From: Eledone cirrhosa
Lineage: Eukaryota
Assembly: GCA_964016885.1 (NCBI GenBank)
Contig: OZ024745.1
Span: 4,526,001 to 4,590,000, forward strand
Length of the DNA: 64,000 nucleotides
Direction: 5' to 3'
Shown here: piece by piece, positions 36,801 through 49,479 of the stretch
Numbering within the stretch: position 1 is the stretch's first letter
Layout: each line of letters begins with the position of its first letter
Program-made: the position numbers and the translations under genes
Notes under the pieces: generated by a model
The model's input: the letters and a program-made list of their open reading frames with translations, nothing else
Told to the model about the DNA's origin: nothing
Database searches by the model: none

Positions 36801-39800
36801 CGTGGTATCTGGCTCTCTTCTCTCTCAGAACACCGTAGTATCTGGCTCTCTTCTATCTCAGTGAGAACATCGTGGTATTTGGCTCTCTTCTCTCTCAGAA
36901 CACCGTGGCATCTGGCTCTCTTCTCTCTCAGAACATCGTGGTATTTGGCTCTCTTCTCTCTCAGTAAGAACATCGTAGTATTTGGCTCTCTTCTGTCTCA
37001 GAACATCGTGGTATTTGGCTCTCTTCTCTCTCAGTTAGAACATCCTGGTATTTGGCTCTCTTCCCTCACAGAACATCGTGGTATTTGGCTCTCTTCTCTC
37101 TCAGTTAGAACATCCTGGTATTTGGCTCTCTTCTGTCTCAGAACATCGTGGTATTTGGCTCACTTCTCTCTCAGTTAGAACATCCTGGTATTTGGCTCTC
37201 TTCCCTCACAGAACATCGTGGTATTTGGCTCTCTTCTCTCTCAGTTAGAACATCCTGGTACTTGGCTCTCTTCTCTCTCAGAACATCGTGGTATTTGGCT
37301 CTCTTCTCTCTCAGTTAGAACATCGTAGTATTTGGATCTCTTCTCTCTCAGAACATCGTGGTATTTGGCTCTCTTCTCTCTCAGTTAGAACACCGTGGTA
37401 TTTGGTTCTCTTCTCTCTCAGAACATCGTGGTATTTGGGTCTCTTCTCTCTCAGAACATCGTGGTATTTGGCTCTCTTCACTCTCAGTTAGAACATCGTG
37501 GTATCTGGCTCTCTTCTCTTTTAGAACCTCGTGGTATTTGGCTATCTTCTCTCCCAGTTAGAACATTGTGGTATCTGGCTCTCTTCTCTCTCAGAACATC
37601 GTGGTATTTGGCTCTCTTCTGTCTCAGAACATCGTGGTATTTGGCTCTCTTCTCTCTCAGAACATCGTGGTATTTGGCTCTCTTCTCTCTCAGAACATCG
37701 TGGTATCTGGCTCTCTTCTCTCTCAGAACATCGTGGTATCTGGCTCTCTTCTCTCTCAGAACACCGTGGTATCTGGTTCTCTTCTCTCTCAGAACACCGT
37801 GGTATCTGGCTTTCCTCTCTCTTAGAACATCGTGGTATCTGGCTCTCTTCTCTATTAGAACATCGTGGTATCTGGCTCTCTTCTCTCTCAGTTAGAACAT
37901 CGTGGTATTTGGCTCTCTTCTCTCTCAGAACATCGTGGTATCTGGCTCTCTTCTCTCTCAGAACATCGTGGTATCTGGCTCTCTTCTCTCTCAGATCATC
38001 GTGGTATTTGGCTCTCTTCTCTCTCAGAACACAGTGGTATCTGGCTCTCTTCTCTCTTAGAACATCGTGGTATTTGGCTCTCTTCTCTCTCAGTTAGATC
38101 ATCGTGGTATTTGGCTCTCTTCTCTTACAGAACATCGCGGTATTTGGCTCTCTTCTCTCTCAGTTAGAACATCGTGGTATTTGGCTCTCTTCTCTCTTTA
38201 GTTAGAACATCGTGGTATTTGGCTCTCTTCTCTCTCAGAACATCGTGGTATTTGGCTCTCTTCTCTCTCACAACATCATGGTATTTGGCTCTCTCCTCTC
38301 TCAGTTAGAACATCGTGGTATCTGGCTCTCTTCTCTTTGAGAACATCGTGGTATCTGGCTCTCTTCTCTTTTAGAACATCGTGGTATCTGGCCCTCTTCT
38401 CTCTCAGTTAGAACATCGTGGTATCTGACTCTCTTCTCTCTCAGAACATCGTGGTATTTGGGTCTCTTCTCTCTCAGAACCTAGTGGTATTTGGCTCTCT
38501 TCTCTCTCAGAACATCGTGGTATCTGGCTCTCTTCTCTCTCAGTTAGAACATCGTGGTATCTGGCTCTCTTCTCTCTCAGAACATGGTGGTATCTGGCTC
38601 TCTTCTCTCTCAGTTAGAACATCGTGGTATCTGGCTGTCTTCTCTCTCAGAACATCGTGGTATCTGTCTCTCTTCTCTCTCAGAACATCGTGGTATCTGG
38701 CTCTCTTCTCTCTCAGAACACCGTGGTATCTGGCTCTCTTCTTTCTTAGAACACCGTGGTATTTGGCTCTCTTCTCTCTCAGAACATCGTGGTATCTGGC
38801 TCTCTTCACTCTCAGAACATCGTGGTATCTGGCTCTCTTCTCTCTCAGAACATCGTGGTATCTGGCTCTCTTCTCTCTCAGAACATCGTGGTATCTGGCT
38901 CTCTTCTCTCTCAGAAAACCGTGGTATCTGGCTCTCTTCTCTCTCAGAACACCGTGGTATCTGTCTTTCTTCTTTCTTATAACACCGTGGTATTTGGCTC
39001 TCTTCTCTCTCAGAACATCGTGGTATCTGGCTCTCTTCTCTCTCAGTTAGAACATCGTGGTATCTGGCTCTCTTCTCTCTCAGAACATCGTGGTATCTGG
39101 CTCCCTTCTCTCTCAGAACATCGTGGTATCTGGCTATCTTCTCTCTCAGAACACCGTGGTAATTGGCTCTCTTCTCTCTCAGAACATCGTGGTATCTGGC
39201 TCTCTTCTCTCTCAGAACATCGTGGTATCTGGCTCTCTTCTCTCTCAGAACATCGTGGTATCTGGCTCTCTTCTCTCTCAGAACATCGTGGTATCTGTCT
39301 CTCTTCTCTCTCAGATCACCGTGGTATCTGTCTTTCTTCTTTCTTAGAACACCGTGGTATTTGGCTCTCTTCTCTCTCAGAACATCATGGTATCTGGCTC
39401 TCTTCTCTCTCAGTTAGAACATCGTGGTATCTGGCTCCCTTCTCTCTCAGAACATCGTGGTATCTGGCTATCTTCTCTCTCAGAACATCGTGGTATCTGG
39501 CTCTCTTCTCTCTCAGAACATCGTGGTATCTGGCTCTCTTCTCTCTTAGAACATCGTGGTATCTGGCTATCTTCTCTTTTAGAACATCGTGGTATCTGGC
39601 TCTCTTCTCTCTCAGTTAGAACATCGTGGTATTTGGCTCTCTTCTGTCTCGGAACATCGTGGTATTTGGCTCTCTTCTCTCTCAGAACATCGTGGTATTT
39701 GGCTCTCTTCTCTCTCAGAACATCGTGGTATCTGGCTCTCTTCTCTCTCAGAACATCGTGGTATCTGGCTCTCTTCTCTCTCAGAACACCGTGGTATCTG

Positions 39801-42800
39801 GCTCTCTTCTCTCTCAGAACACCGTGGTATCTGGCTTTTCTCTCTCTTAGAACATCGTGGTATCTGGCTCTCTTCTCTATTAGAACATCGTGGTATCTGG
39901 CTCTCTTCTCTCTCAGTTAGAACATCGTGGTATTTGGCTCTCTTCTCTCTCAGAACATCGTGGTATCTGGCTCTCTTCTCTCTCAGAACATCGTGGTATC
40001 TGGCTCTCTTCTCTCTCAGATCATCGTGGTATTTGGCTCTCTTCTCTCTCAGAACACCGTGGTATCTGGCTCTCTTCTCTCTCAGAACATCGTGGTATCT
40101 GGCTCTCTTCTCTCTCAGTTAGAACATCGTGGTATCTGGCTCTCTTCTCTCTCAGAACATCGTGGTATCTGGCTCCCTTCTCTCTCAGAACATCGTGGTA
40201 TCTGGCTATCTTCTCTCTCAGAACACCGTGGTAATTGGCTCTCTTCTCTCTCAGAACATCGTGGTATCTGGCTCTCTTCTCTCTCAGAACATCGTGGTAT
40301 CTGGCTCTCTTCTCTCTCAGAACATCGTGGTATCTGGCTCTCTTCTCTCTCAGAACATCGTGGTATCTGGCTCTCTTCTCTCTCAGATCACCGTGGTATC
40401 TGTCTTTCTTCTTTCTTAGAACACCGTGGTATTTGGCTCTCTTCTCTCTCAGAACATCGTGGTATCTGGCTCTCTTCTCTCTCAGTTAGAACATCGTGGT
40501 ATCTGGCTCCCTTCTCTCTCAGAACATCGTGGTATCTGGCTATCTTCTCTCTCAGAACATCGTGGTATCTGGCTCTCTTCTCTCTCAGAACACCGTGGTA
40601 TCTGGCTCTCTTCTCTCTCAGTTAGAACATCGTGGTCTCTGGCTCTCTTCTCTCTCAAAACACCGTGGTATCTGGCTCTCTTCTTTCTTAGAACACCGTG
40701 GTATTTGGCTCTCTTCTCTCTCAGAACATCGTGGTATCTGGCTCTCTTCTCTCTCAGAACATCGAGGTATCTGGCTCCCTTCTCTCTCAGAACATCGTGG
40801 TATCTGGCTCTCTTCTCTCTCAGAACATCGTGGTATCTGGCTCTCTTCTCTCTCAGAACACCGTGGTATCTGTCTCTCTTCTTTCTTAGAACACCGTGGT
40901 ATTTGGCTCTCTTCTCTCTCAGAACATCGTGGTATCTGGCTCTCTTCTCTCTCAGTTAGAACATCGTGGTATCTGGCTCTCTTATCTCTCAGAACATCGT
41001 GGTATCTGGCTCCCTTTTCTCTCAGAACATCGTGGTATCTGGCTATCTTCTCTCTCAGAACACCGTGGTATTTCGCTCTCTTCTCTCTCAGAGCACCGTG
41101 GTATCTGGCTCTCTTCTCTCTCAGAACATCGTGGTATCTGGCTCTGTTCTCTCTCTGAACACCGTGGTATCTGGCTCTCTTCTCTCTCAGTTAGAACATC
41201 GTGGTTTTTGGCTCTCTTCTCTCTCAGAACATCGTGGTATCTGGCTCTCTTCTCTCTCAGAACATCGTGGTATCTGGCTCTCTTCTCTCTCAGAACACCG
41301 TGGTATCTGGCTCTCTTCTCTCCCAGTTAGAACATCGTGGTATCTTGCTTTCTTCTCTCTCAGAATATCGTGGTATTTGGCTCTCTTCTCTCTCAGAACA
41401 CCGTGGTATCTGGCTCTCTTCTCTCTCAGAACAACGTGGTATCTTGCTCTATTCTCTCTCAGTTAGAACATCGTGGTATCTGGCTCTCTTCTCTCTCAGA
41501 ACATCGTGGTATCTGGCTCTCTTCTCTCTCAGAACACCGTGGTATCTGGCTCTCTTCTCTCTCAGAACATCGTGTTATTTGGCTCTCTTCTCTCTCAGTT
41601 AGAACATCCTGGTATTTGGCTCTCTTCCCTCACAGAACATCCTGGTATTTGGCTCTCTTCCCTCTCAGAACACCGTGGTATCTGGCTCTCTTCTCTCTCA
41701 GAACAACGTGGTATCTTGCTCTCTTCTCTCTCAGTTAGAACATCGTGGTATCTGGCTCTCTTCTCTCTCAGAACATCGTGGTATCTGGCTCTCTTCTCTC
41801 TCAGAACACCGTAGTATCTGGCTCTCTTCTATCTCAGTGAGAACATCGTGGTATTTGGCTCTCTTCTCTCTCAGAACACCGTGGCATCTGGCTCTCTTCT
41901 CTCTCAGAACATCGTGGTATTTGGCTCTCTTCTCTCTCAGTAAGAACATCGTAGTATTTGGCTCTCTTCTGTCTCAGAACATCGTGGTATTTGGCTCTCT
42001 TCTCTCTCAGTTAGAACATCCTGGTATTTGGCTCTCTTCCCTCACAGAACATCGTGGTATTTGGCTCTCTTCTCTCTCAGTTAGAACATCCTGGTATTTG
42101 GCTCTCTTCTGTCTCAGAACATCGTGGTATTTGGCTCACTTCTCTCTCAGTTAGAACATCCTGGTATTTGGCTCTCTTCCCTCACAGAACATCGTGGTAT
42201 TTGGCTCTCTTCTCTCTCAGTTAGAACATCCTGGTACTTGGCTCTCTTCTCTCTCAGAACATCGTGGTATTTGGCTCTCTTCTCTCTCAGTTAGAACATC
42301 GTAGTATTTGGATCTCTTCTCTCTCAGAACATCGTGGTATTTGGCTCTCTTCTCTCTCAGTTAGAACACCGTGGTATTTGGTTCTCTTCTCTCTCAGAAC
42401 ATCGTGGTATTTGGGTCTCTTCTCTCTCAGAACATCGTGGTATTTGGCTCTCTTCACTCTCAGTTAGAACATCGTGGTATCTGGCTCTCTTCTCTTTTAG
42501 AACCTCGTGGTATTTGGCTATCTTCTCTCTCAGTTAGTACATTGTGGTATCTGGCTCTCTTCTCTCTCAGAACATCGTGGTATTTGGCTCTCTTCTGTCT
42601 CAGAACATCGTGGTATTTGGCTCTCTTCTCTCTCAGAACATCGTGGTATTTGGCTCTCTTCTCTCTCAGAACATCGTGGTATCTGGCTCTCTTCTCTCTC
42701 AGAACATCGTGGTATCTGGCTCTCTTCTCTCTCAGAACACCGTGGTATCTGGTTCTCTTCTCTCTCAGAACACCGTGGTATCTGGCTTTCCTCTCTCTTA

Positions 42801-45800
42801 GAACATCGTGGTATCTGGCTCTCTTCTCTATTAGAACATCGTGGTATCTGGCTCTCTTCTCTCTCAGTTAGAACATCGTGGTATTTGGCTCTCTTCTCTC
42901 TCAGAACATCGTGGTATCTGGCTCTCTTCTCTCTCAGAACATCGTGGTATCTGGCTCTCTTCTCTCTCAGATCATCGTGGTATTTGGCTCTCTTCTCTCT
43001 CAGAACACAGTGGTATCTGGCTCTCTTCTCTCTTAGAACATCGTGGTATTTGGCTCTCTTCTCTCTCAGTTAGATCATCGTGGTATTTGGCTCTCTTCTC
43101 TTACAGAACATCGCGGTATTTGGCTCTCTTCTCTCTCAGTTAGAACATCGTGGTATTTGGCTCTCTTCTCTCTTTAGTTAGAACATCGTGGTATTTGGCT
43201 CTCTTCTCTCTCAGAACATCGTGGTATTTGGCTCTCTTCTCTCTCACAACATCATGGTATTTGGCTCTCTCCTCTCTCAGTTAGAACATCGTGGTATCTG
43301 GCTCTCTTCTCTTTGAGAACATCGTGGTATCTGGCTCTCTTCTCTTTTAGAACATCGTGGTATCTGGCCCTCTTCTCTCTCAGTTAGAACATCGTGGTAT
43401 CTGACTCTCTTCTCTCTCAGAACATCGTGGTATTTGGGTCTCTTCTCTCTCAGAACCTAGTGGTATTTGGCTCTCTTCTCTCTCAGAACATCGTGGTATC
43501 TGGCTCTCTTCTCTCTCAGTTAGAACATCGTGGTATCTGGCTCTCTTCTCTCTCAGAACATGGTGGTATCTGGCTCTCTTCTCTCTCAGTTAGAACATCG
43601 TGGTATCTGGCTGTCTTCTCTCTCAGAACATCGTGGTATCTGTCTCTCTTCTCTCTCAGAACATCGTGGTATCTGGCTCTCTTCTCTCTCAGAACACCGT
43701 GGTATCTGGCTCTCTTCTTTCTTAGAACACCGTGGTATTTGGCTCTCTTCTCTCTCAGAACATCGTGGTATCTGGCTCTCTTCTCTCTCAGAAAACCGTG
43801 GTATCTGGCTCTCTTCTCTCTCAGAACACCGTGGTATCTGTCTTTCTTCTTTCTTATAACACCGTGGTATTTGGCTCTCTTCTCTCTCAGAACATCGTGG
43901 TATCTGGCTCCCTTCTCTCTCAGAACATCGTGGTATCTGGCTATCTTCTCTCTCAGAACACCGTGGTAATTGGCTCTCTTCTCTCTCAGAACATCGTGGT
44001 ATCTGGCTCTCTTCTCTCTCAGAACATCGTGGTATCTGGCTCTCTTCTCTCTCAGAACATCGTGGTATCTGGCTCTCTTCTCTCTCAGAACATCGTGGTA
44101 TCTGTCTCTCTTCTCTCTCAGATCACCGTGGTATCTGTCTTTCTTCTTTCTTAGAACACCGTGGTATTTGGCTCTCTTCTCTCTCAGAACATCATGGTAT
44201 CTGGCTCTCTTCTCTCTCAGTTAGAACATCGTGGTATCTGGCTCCCTTCTCTCTCAGAACATCGTGGTATCTGGCTATCTTCTCTCTCAGAACATCGTGG
44301 TATCTGGCTCTCTTCTCTCTCAGAACACCGTGGTATCTGGCTCTCTTCTCTCTCAGTTAGAACATCGTGGTCTCTGGCTCTCTTCTCTCTCAAAACACCG
44401 TGGTATCTGGCTCTCTTCTTTCTTAGAACACCGTGGTATTTGGCTCTCTTCTCTCTCAGAACATCGTGGTATCTGGCTCTCTTCTCTCTCAGAACATCGA
44501 GGTATCTGGCTCCCTTCTCTCTCAGAACATCGTGGTATCTGGCTCTCTTCTCTCTCAGAACATCGTGGTATCTGGCTCTCTTCTCTCTCAGAACACCGTG
44601 GTATCTGTCTCTCTTCTTTCTTAGAACACCGTGGTATTTGGCTCTCTTCTCTCTCAGAACATCGTGGTATCTGGCTCTCTTCTCTCTCAGTTAGAACATC
44701 GTGGTATCTGGCTCTCTTCTCTCTCAGAACATCGTGGTATCTGGCTCCCTTTTCTCTCAGAACATCGTGGTATCTGGCTATCTTCTCTCTCAGAACACCG
44801 TGGTATTTGGCTCTCTTCTCTCTCAGAGCACCGTGGTATCTGGCTCTCTTCTCTCTCAGAACATCGTGGTATCTGGCTCTGTTCTCTCTCTGAACACCGT
44901 GGTATCTGGCTCTCTTCTCTCTCAGTTAGAACATCGTGGTTATTGGCTCTCTTCTCTCTCAGAACATCGTGGTATCTGGCTCTCTTCTCTCTCAGAACAT
45001 CGTGGTATCTGGCTCTCTTCTCTCTCAGAACACCGTGGTATCTGGCTCTCTTCTCTCCCAGTTAGAACATCGTGGTATCTGGCTCTCTTCTCTCTCAGAA
45101 TATCGTGGTATTTGGCTCTCTTCTCTCTCAGAACACCGTGGTATCTGGCTCTCTTCTCTCTCAGAACAACGTGGTATCTTGCTCTATTCTCTCTCAGTTA
45201 GAACATCGTGGTATCTGGCTCTCTTCTCTCTCAGAACATCGTGGTATCTGGCTCTCTTCTCTCTCAGAACACCGTGGTATCTGGCTCTCTTCTCTCTCAG
45301 AACATCGTGTTATTTGGCTCTCTTCTCTCTCAGTTAGAACATCCTGGTATTTGGCTCTCTTCCCTCACAGAACATCCTGGTATTTGGCTCTCTTCCCTCT
45401 CAGAACACCGTGGTATCTGGCTCTCTTCTCTCTCAGAACAACGTGGTATCTTGCTCTCTTCTCTCTCAGTTAGAACATCGTGGTATCTGGCTCTCTTCTC
45501 TCTCAGAACATCGTGGTATCTGGCTCTCTTCTCTCTCAGAACACCGTAGTATCTGGCTCTCTTCTATCTCAGTGAGAACATCGTGGTATTTGGCTCTCTT
45601 CTCTCTCAGAACACCGTGGCATCTGGCTCTCTTCTCTCTCAGAACATCGTGGTATTTGGCTCTCTTCTCTCTCAGTAAGAACATCGTAGTATTTGGCTCT
45701 CTTCTGTCTCAGAACATCGTGGTATTTGGCTCTCTTCTCTCTCAGTTAGAACATCCTGGTATTTGGCTCTCTTCCCTCACAGAACATCGTGGTATTTGGC

Positions 45801-47360
45801 TCTCTTCTCTCTCAGTTAGAACATCCTGGTATTTGGCTCTCTTCTGTCTCAGAACATCGTGGTATTTGGCTCACTTCTCTCTCAGTTAGAACATCCTGGT
45901 ATTTGGCTCTCTTCCCTCACAGAACATCGTGGTATTTGGCTCTCTTCTCTCTCAGTTAGAACATCCTGGTACTTGGCTCTCTTCTCTCTCAGAACATCGT
46001 GGTATTTGGCTCTCTTCTCTCTCAGTTAGAACATCGTAGTATTTGGATCTCTTCTCTCTCAGAACATCGTGGTATTTGGCTCTCTTCTCTCTCAGTTAGA
46101 ACACCGTGGTATTTAGTTCTCTTCTCTCTCAGAACATCGTGGTATTTGGGTCTCTTCTCTCTCAGAACATCGTGGTATTTGGCTCTCTTCACTCTCAGTT
46201 AGAACATCGTGGTATCTGGCTCTCTTCTCTTTTAGAACCTCGTGGTATTTGGCTATCTTCTCTCTCAGTTAGAACATTGTGGTATCTGGCTCTCTTCTCT
46301 CTCAGAACATCGTGGTATCTGGCTCTCTTCTCTCTTAGAACATCGTGGTATCTGGCTCTCTTCTCTTTTAGAACCTCGTGGTATTTGGCTCTCTTCTCTC
46401 TCAGTTAGAACATTGTGGTATCTGACTCTCTTCTCTCTCAGAACATCGTGGTATCTGGCTCTCTTCTCTCTTAGAACATCGTGGTATCTGGCTCTCTTCT
46501 CTTTTAGAACATCGTTGTATCTGGCTCTCTTCTCTCTCAGGTAGAACATCGTGGTATTTGGCTCTCTTCTGTCTCAGAACATCGTGGTATTTGGCTCTCT
46601 TCTCTCTCAGAACATCGTGGTATTTGGCTCTCTTCTCTCTCAGAACATCGTGGTATCTGGCTCTCTTCTCTCTCAGAACATCGTGGTATCTGGCTCTCTT
46701 CTCTCTCAGAACACCGTGGTATCTGGTTCTCTTCTCTCTCAGAACACCGTGGTATCTGGCTTTCCTCTCTCTTAGAACATCGTGGTATCTGGCTCTCTTC
46801 TCTATTAGAACATCGTGGTATCTGGCTCTCTTCTCTCTCAGTTAGAACATCGTGGTATTTGGCTCTCTTCTCTCTCAGAACATCGTGGTATCTGGCTCTC
46901 TTCTCTCTCAGAACATCGTGGTATCTGGCTCTCTTCTCTCTCAGATCATCGTGGTATTTGGCTCTCTTCTCTCTCAGAACACAGTGGTATCTGGCTCTCT
47001 TCTCTCTTAGAACATCGTGGTATTTGGCTCTCTTCTCTCTCAGTTAGATCATCGTGGTATTTGGCTCTCTTCTCTTACAGAACATCGCGGTATTTGGCTC
47101 TCTTCTCTCTCAGTTAGAACATCGTGGTATTTGGCTCTCTTCTCTCTTTAGTTAGAACATCGTGGTATTTGGCTCTCTTCTCTCTCAGAACATCGTGGTA
47201 TTTGGCTCTCTTCTCTCTCACAACATCATGGTATTTGGCTCTCTCCTCTCTCAGTTAGAACATCGTGGTATCTGGCTCTCTTCTCTTTGAGAACATCGTG
47301 GTATCTGGCTCTCTTCTCTTTTAGAACATCGTGGTATCTGGCCCTCTTCTCTCTCAGTTA
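30900..47360 (+). repeat. About four copies of a ~3.7-5.0 kb higher-order unit
   Basis: The marker AGTAAGAACATCGTAGT occurs at 33064, 36963, 41939 and 45674 (spacings 3899, 4976, 3735). An identical 72-aa reverse ORF starts at 32856, 36755, 41731 and 45466. Confidence 0.9.
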
Positions 47361-49479
47361 GAACATCGTGGTATTTGGTTCTCTTCTCTCTCAGAACATC
47401 GTGGTATTTGGCTCTCTTCTCTCTCAGAACATCGTGGTATCTGGCTCTCTTCTCTCTCAAAACATCGTGGTATTTGGCTCGCTTCTTTCTCAGAACACCG
47501 TGGTATCTGGCTCTCTTCTCTCTCAGAACACCGTGGTATCTGGCTCTCTTCTCTCTTAGAACATCGTGGTATCTGGCTCTCTTCTCTCTTCGAACATCGT
47601 GGTATCTGGCTCTCTTCTCTCTTAGAACATAGTGGTATCTGGCTCTCTTCTCTCTTAGAACATCGTGGTATTTGGTTCTCTTCTCTCTCAGTCAGAACAT
47701 CGTGGTATTTGGCTCTCTTCTCTCTCAGTCAGAACATCGTGGTATTTGGCTCTCTTCTCTCTCACTTAGAACATCGTGGCATTTGGCTCTCTTCTCTCTC
47801 AGTTAGAACTTCGTTGTATTTGGCTCTCTTCTCTCTCAGAACATCGTGGTATTTGGCTCTCTTCTCTCTCAGAACATCGTGGTATCTGGCTCTCTTCTCT
47901 CTCAGTTAGAACATCGTGGTATTTGGCTCTCTTCTCTCTCAGAACATTGTGGTATTTGGCTCTCTTCTCTCTCAGTTAGAAAATCGTGGTATTTGCCTCT
48001 CTTCTCTCTCAGAACATCGTAGTATTTGGCTCTCTTCTCTCTCAGAACATCGTGGTATCTGGCTCTCTTCTCTCTCAGTCAGAACATCGTGGTATTTGGC
48101 TCTCTTCTCTCTCAGAATATCGTGGTATTTGGCTCTCTTCTCTCTCAGTTAGAAAATCGTGGTATTTGGCTCTCTTCTCTCTCAGAACATCGTGGTATTT
48201 GGCTCTCTTCTCTCTCAGAACATCGTAGTATTTGGCTCTTTTCTCTCTCAGAACATCGTGGTATTTGGCTCTCTTCTCTCTCAGTTAGAACATCGTGGCA
48301 TTTGGCTCTCTTCTCTCTCAGAAAACAGTGGTATCTGGCTCTCTTCTTTCTTAGAAGATCGTGGCATTTGGCTCTCTTCTCTCTCAGAACACAGTGGTAT
48401 CTGGCTCTCTTCATTCTTAGAACATCGTGGTATTTGGCTCTCTTCTCTCTCAGAACACCGTGGTATCTGGCTCTCTTCTCTCTTAGAACATCGTGGTATT
48501 TGGCTCTCTTCTCGCTCAGAACATCGTGGTATTTGGCTCTCTTCTCTCTCATTTAGAACATCGTGGTATCTGGCTCTCTTCTCTCTCAGAACATCGTGGT
48601 ATCTGGCTCTCTTCTCTCTCAGTTAGAACATCGTGGTATCTGGCTCTCTTCTCTCTCAGAACATCGTGGTATCTGGCTCTCTTCTCTCTCAGAACATCAT
48701 GGTATCTGGCTCTCTTCTCCCTCAGAACACCGTGGTATCTGGCTCTCTTCTCTCTCAGTTAGAACATCGTGGTATCTGGCTCTCTTCTCTCTCAGAATAT
48801 CGTGGTATCTGGCTCTCTTCTCTCTCAGAACACCGTGGTATCTGGCTCTCTTCTATCTCAGAACAACGTGGTATCTTGCTCTCTTCTCTCTCAGTTAGAA
48901 CATCGTGGTATCTGGCTCTCTTCTCTCTCAGAACATCGTGGTATTTGGCTCTCTTCTCTCTCAGAACATCGTGGTATTTGGCTCTCTTCTCGCTCAGAAC
49001 ATCGTGGTATTTGGCTCTCTTCTCTCTCATTTAGAACATCGTGGTATCTGGCTCTCTTCTCTCTCAGAACATCGTGGTATTTGGCTCTCTTCTCTCTCAG
49101 TTAGAAGATCGTGGTATTTGGCTCTCTTCCCTCTCAGAACATCGTGGTATTTGGCTCTCTTCTCGCTCAGAACATCGTGGTATTTGGCTCTCTTCTCTCT
49201 CATTTAGAACATCGTGGTATCTGGCTCTCTTCTCTCTCAGGACATCGTGGTATTTGGCTCTCTTCTCTCTCAGTTAGAAGATCGTGGTATTTGGCTCTCT
49301 TCCCTCTCAGAACATCGTGGTATTTGGCTCCCTTCTCTCTCAGAACATCGTGGTATCTGGCTCTCTTCTCTCTTAGAACATCGTGGTATCTGGCTCTATT
49401 CTCTCTCAGAACACCGTGGTATCTGGCTCTCTTCTTTCTTAGAACACCGTGGTATTTGGTTCTCTTCTCTCTCAGTTAG

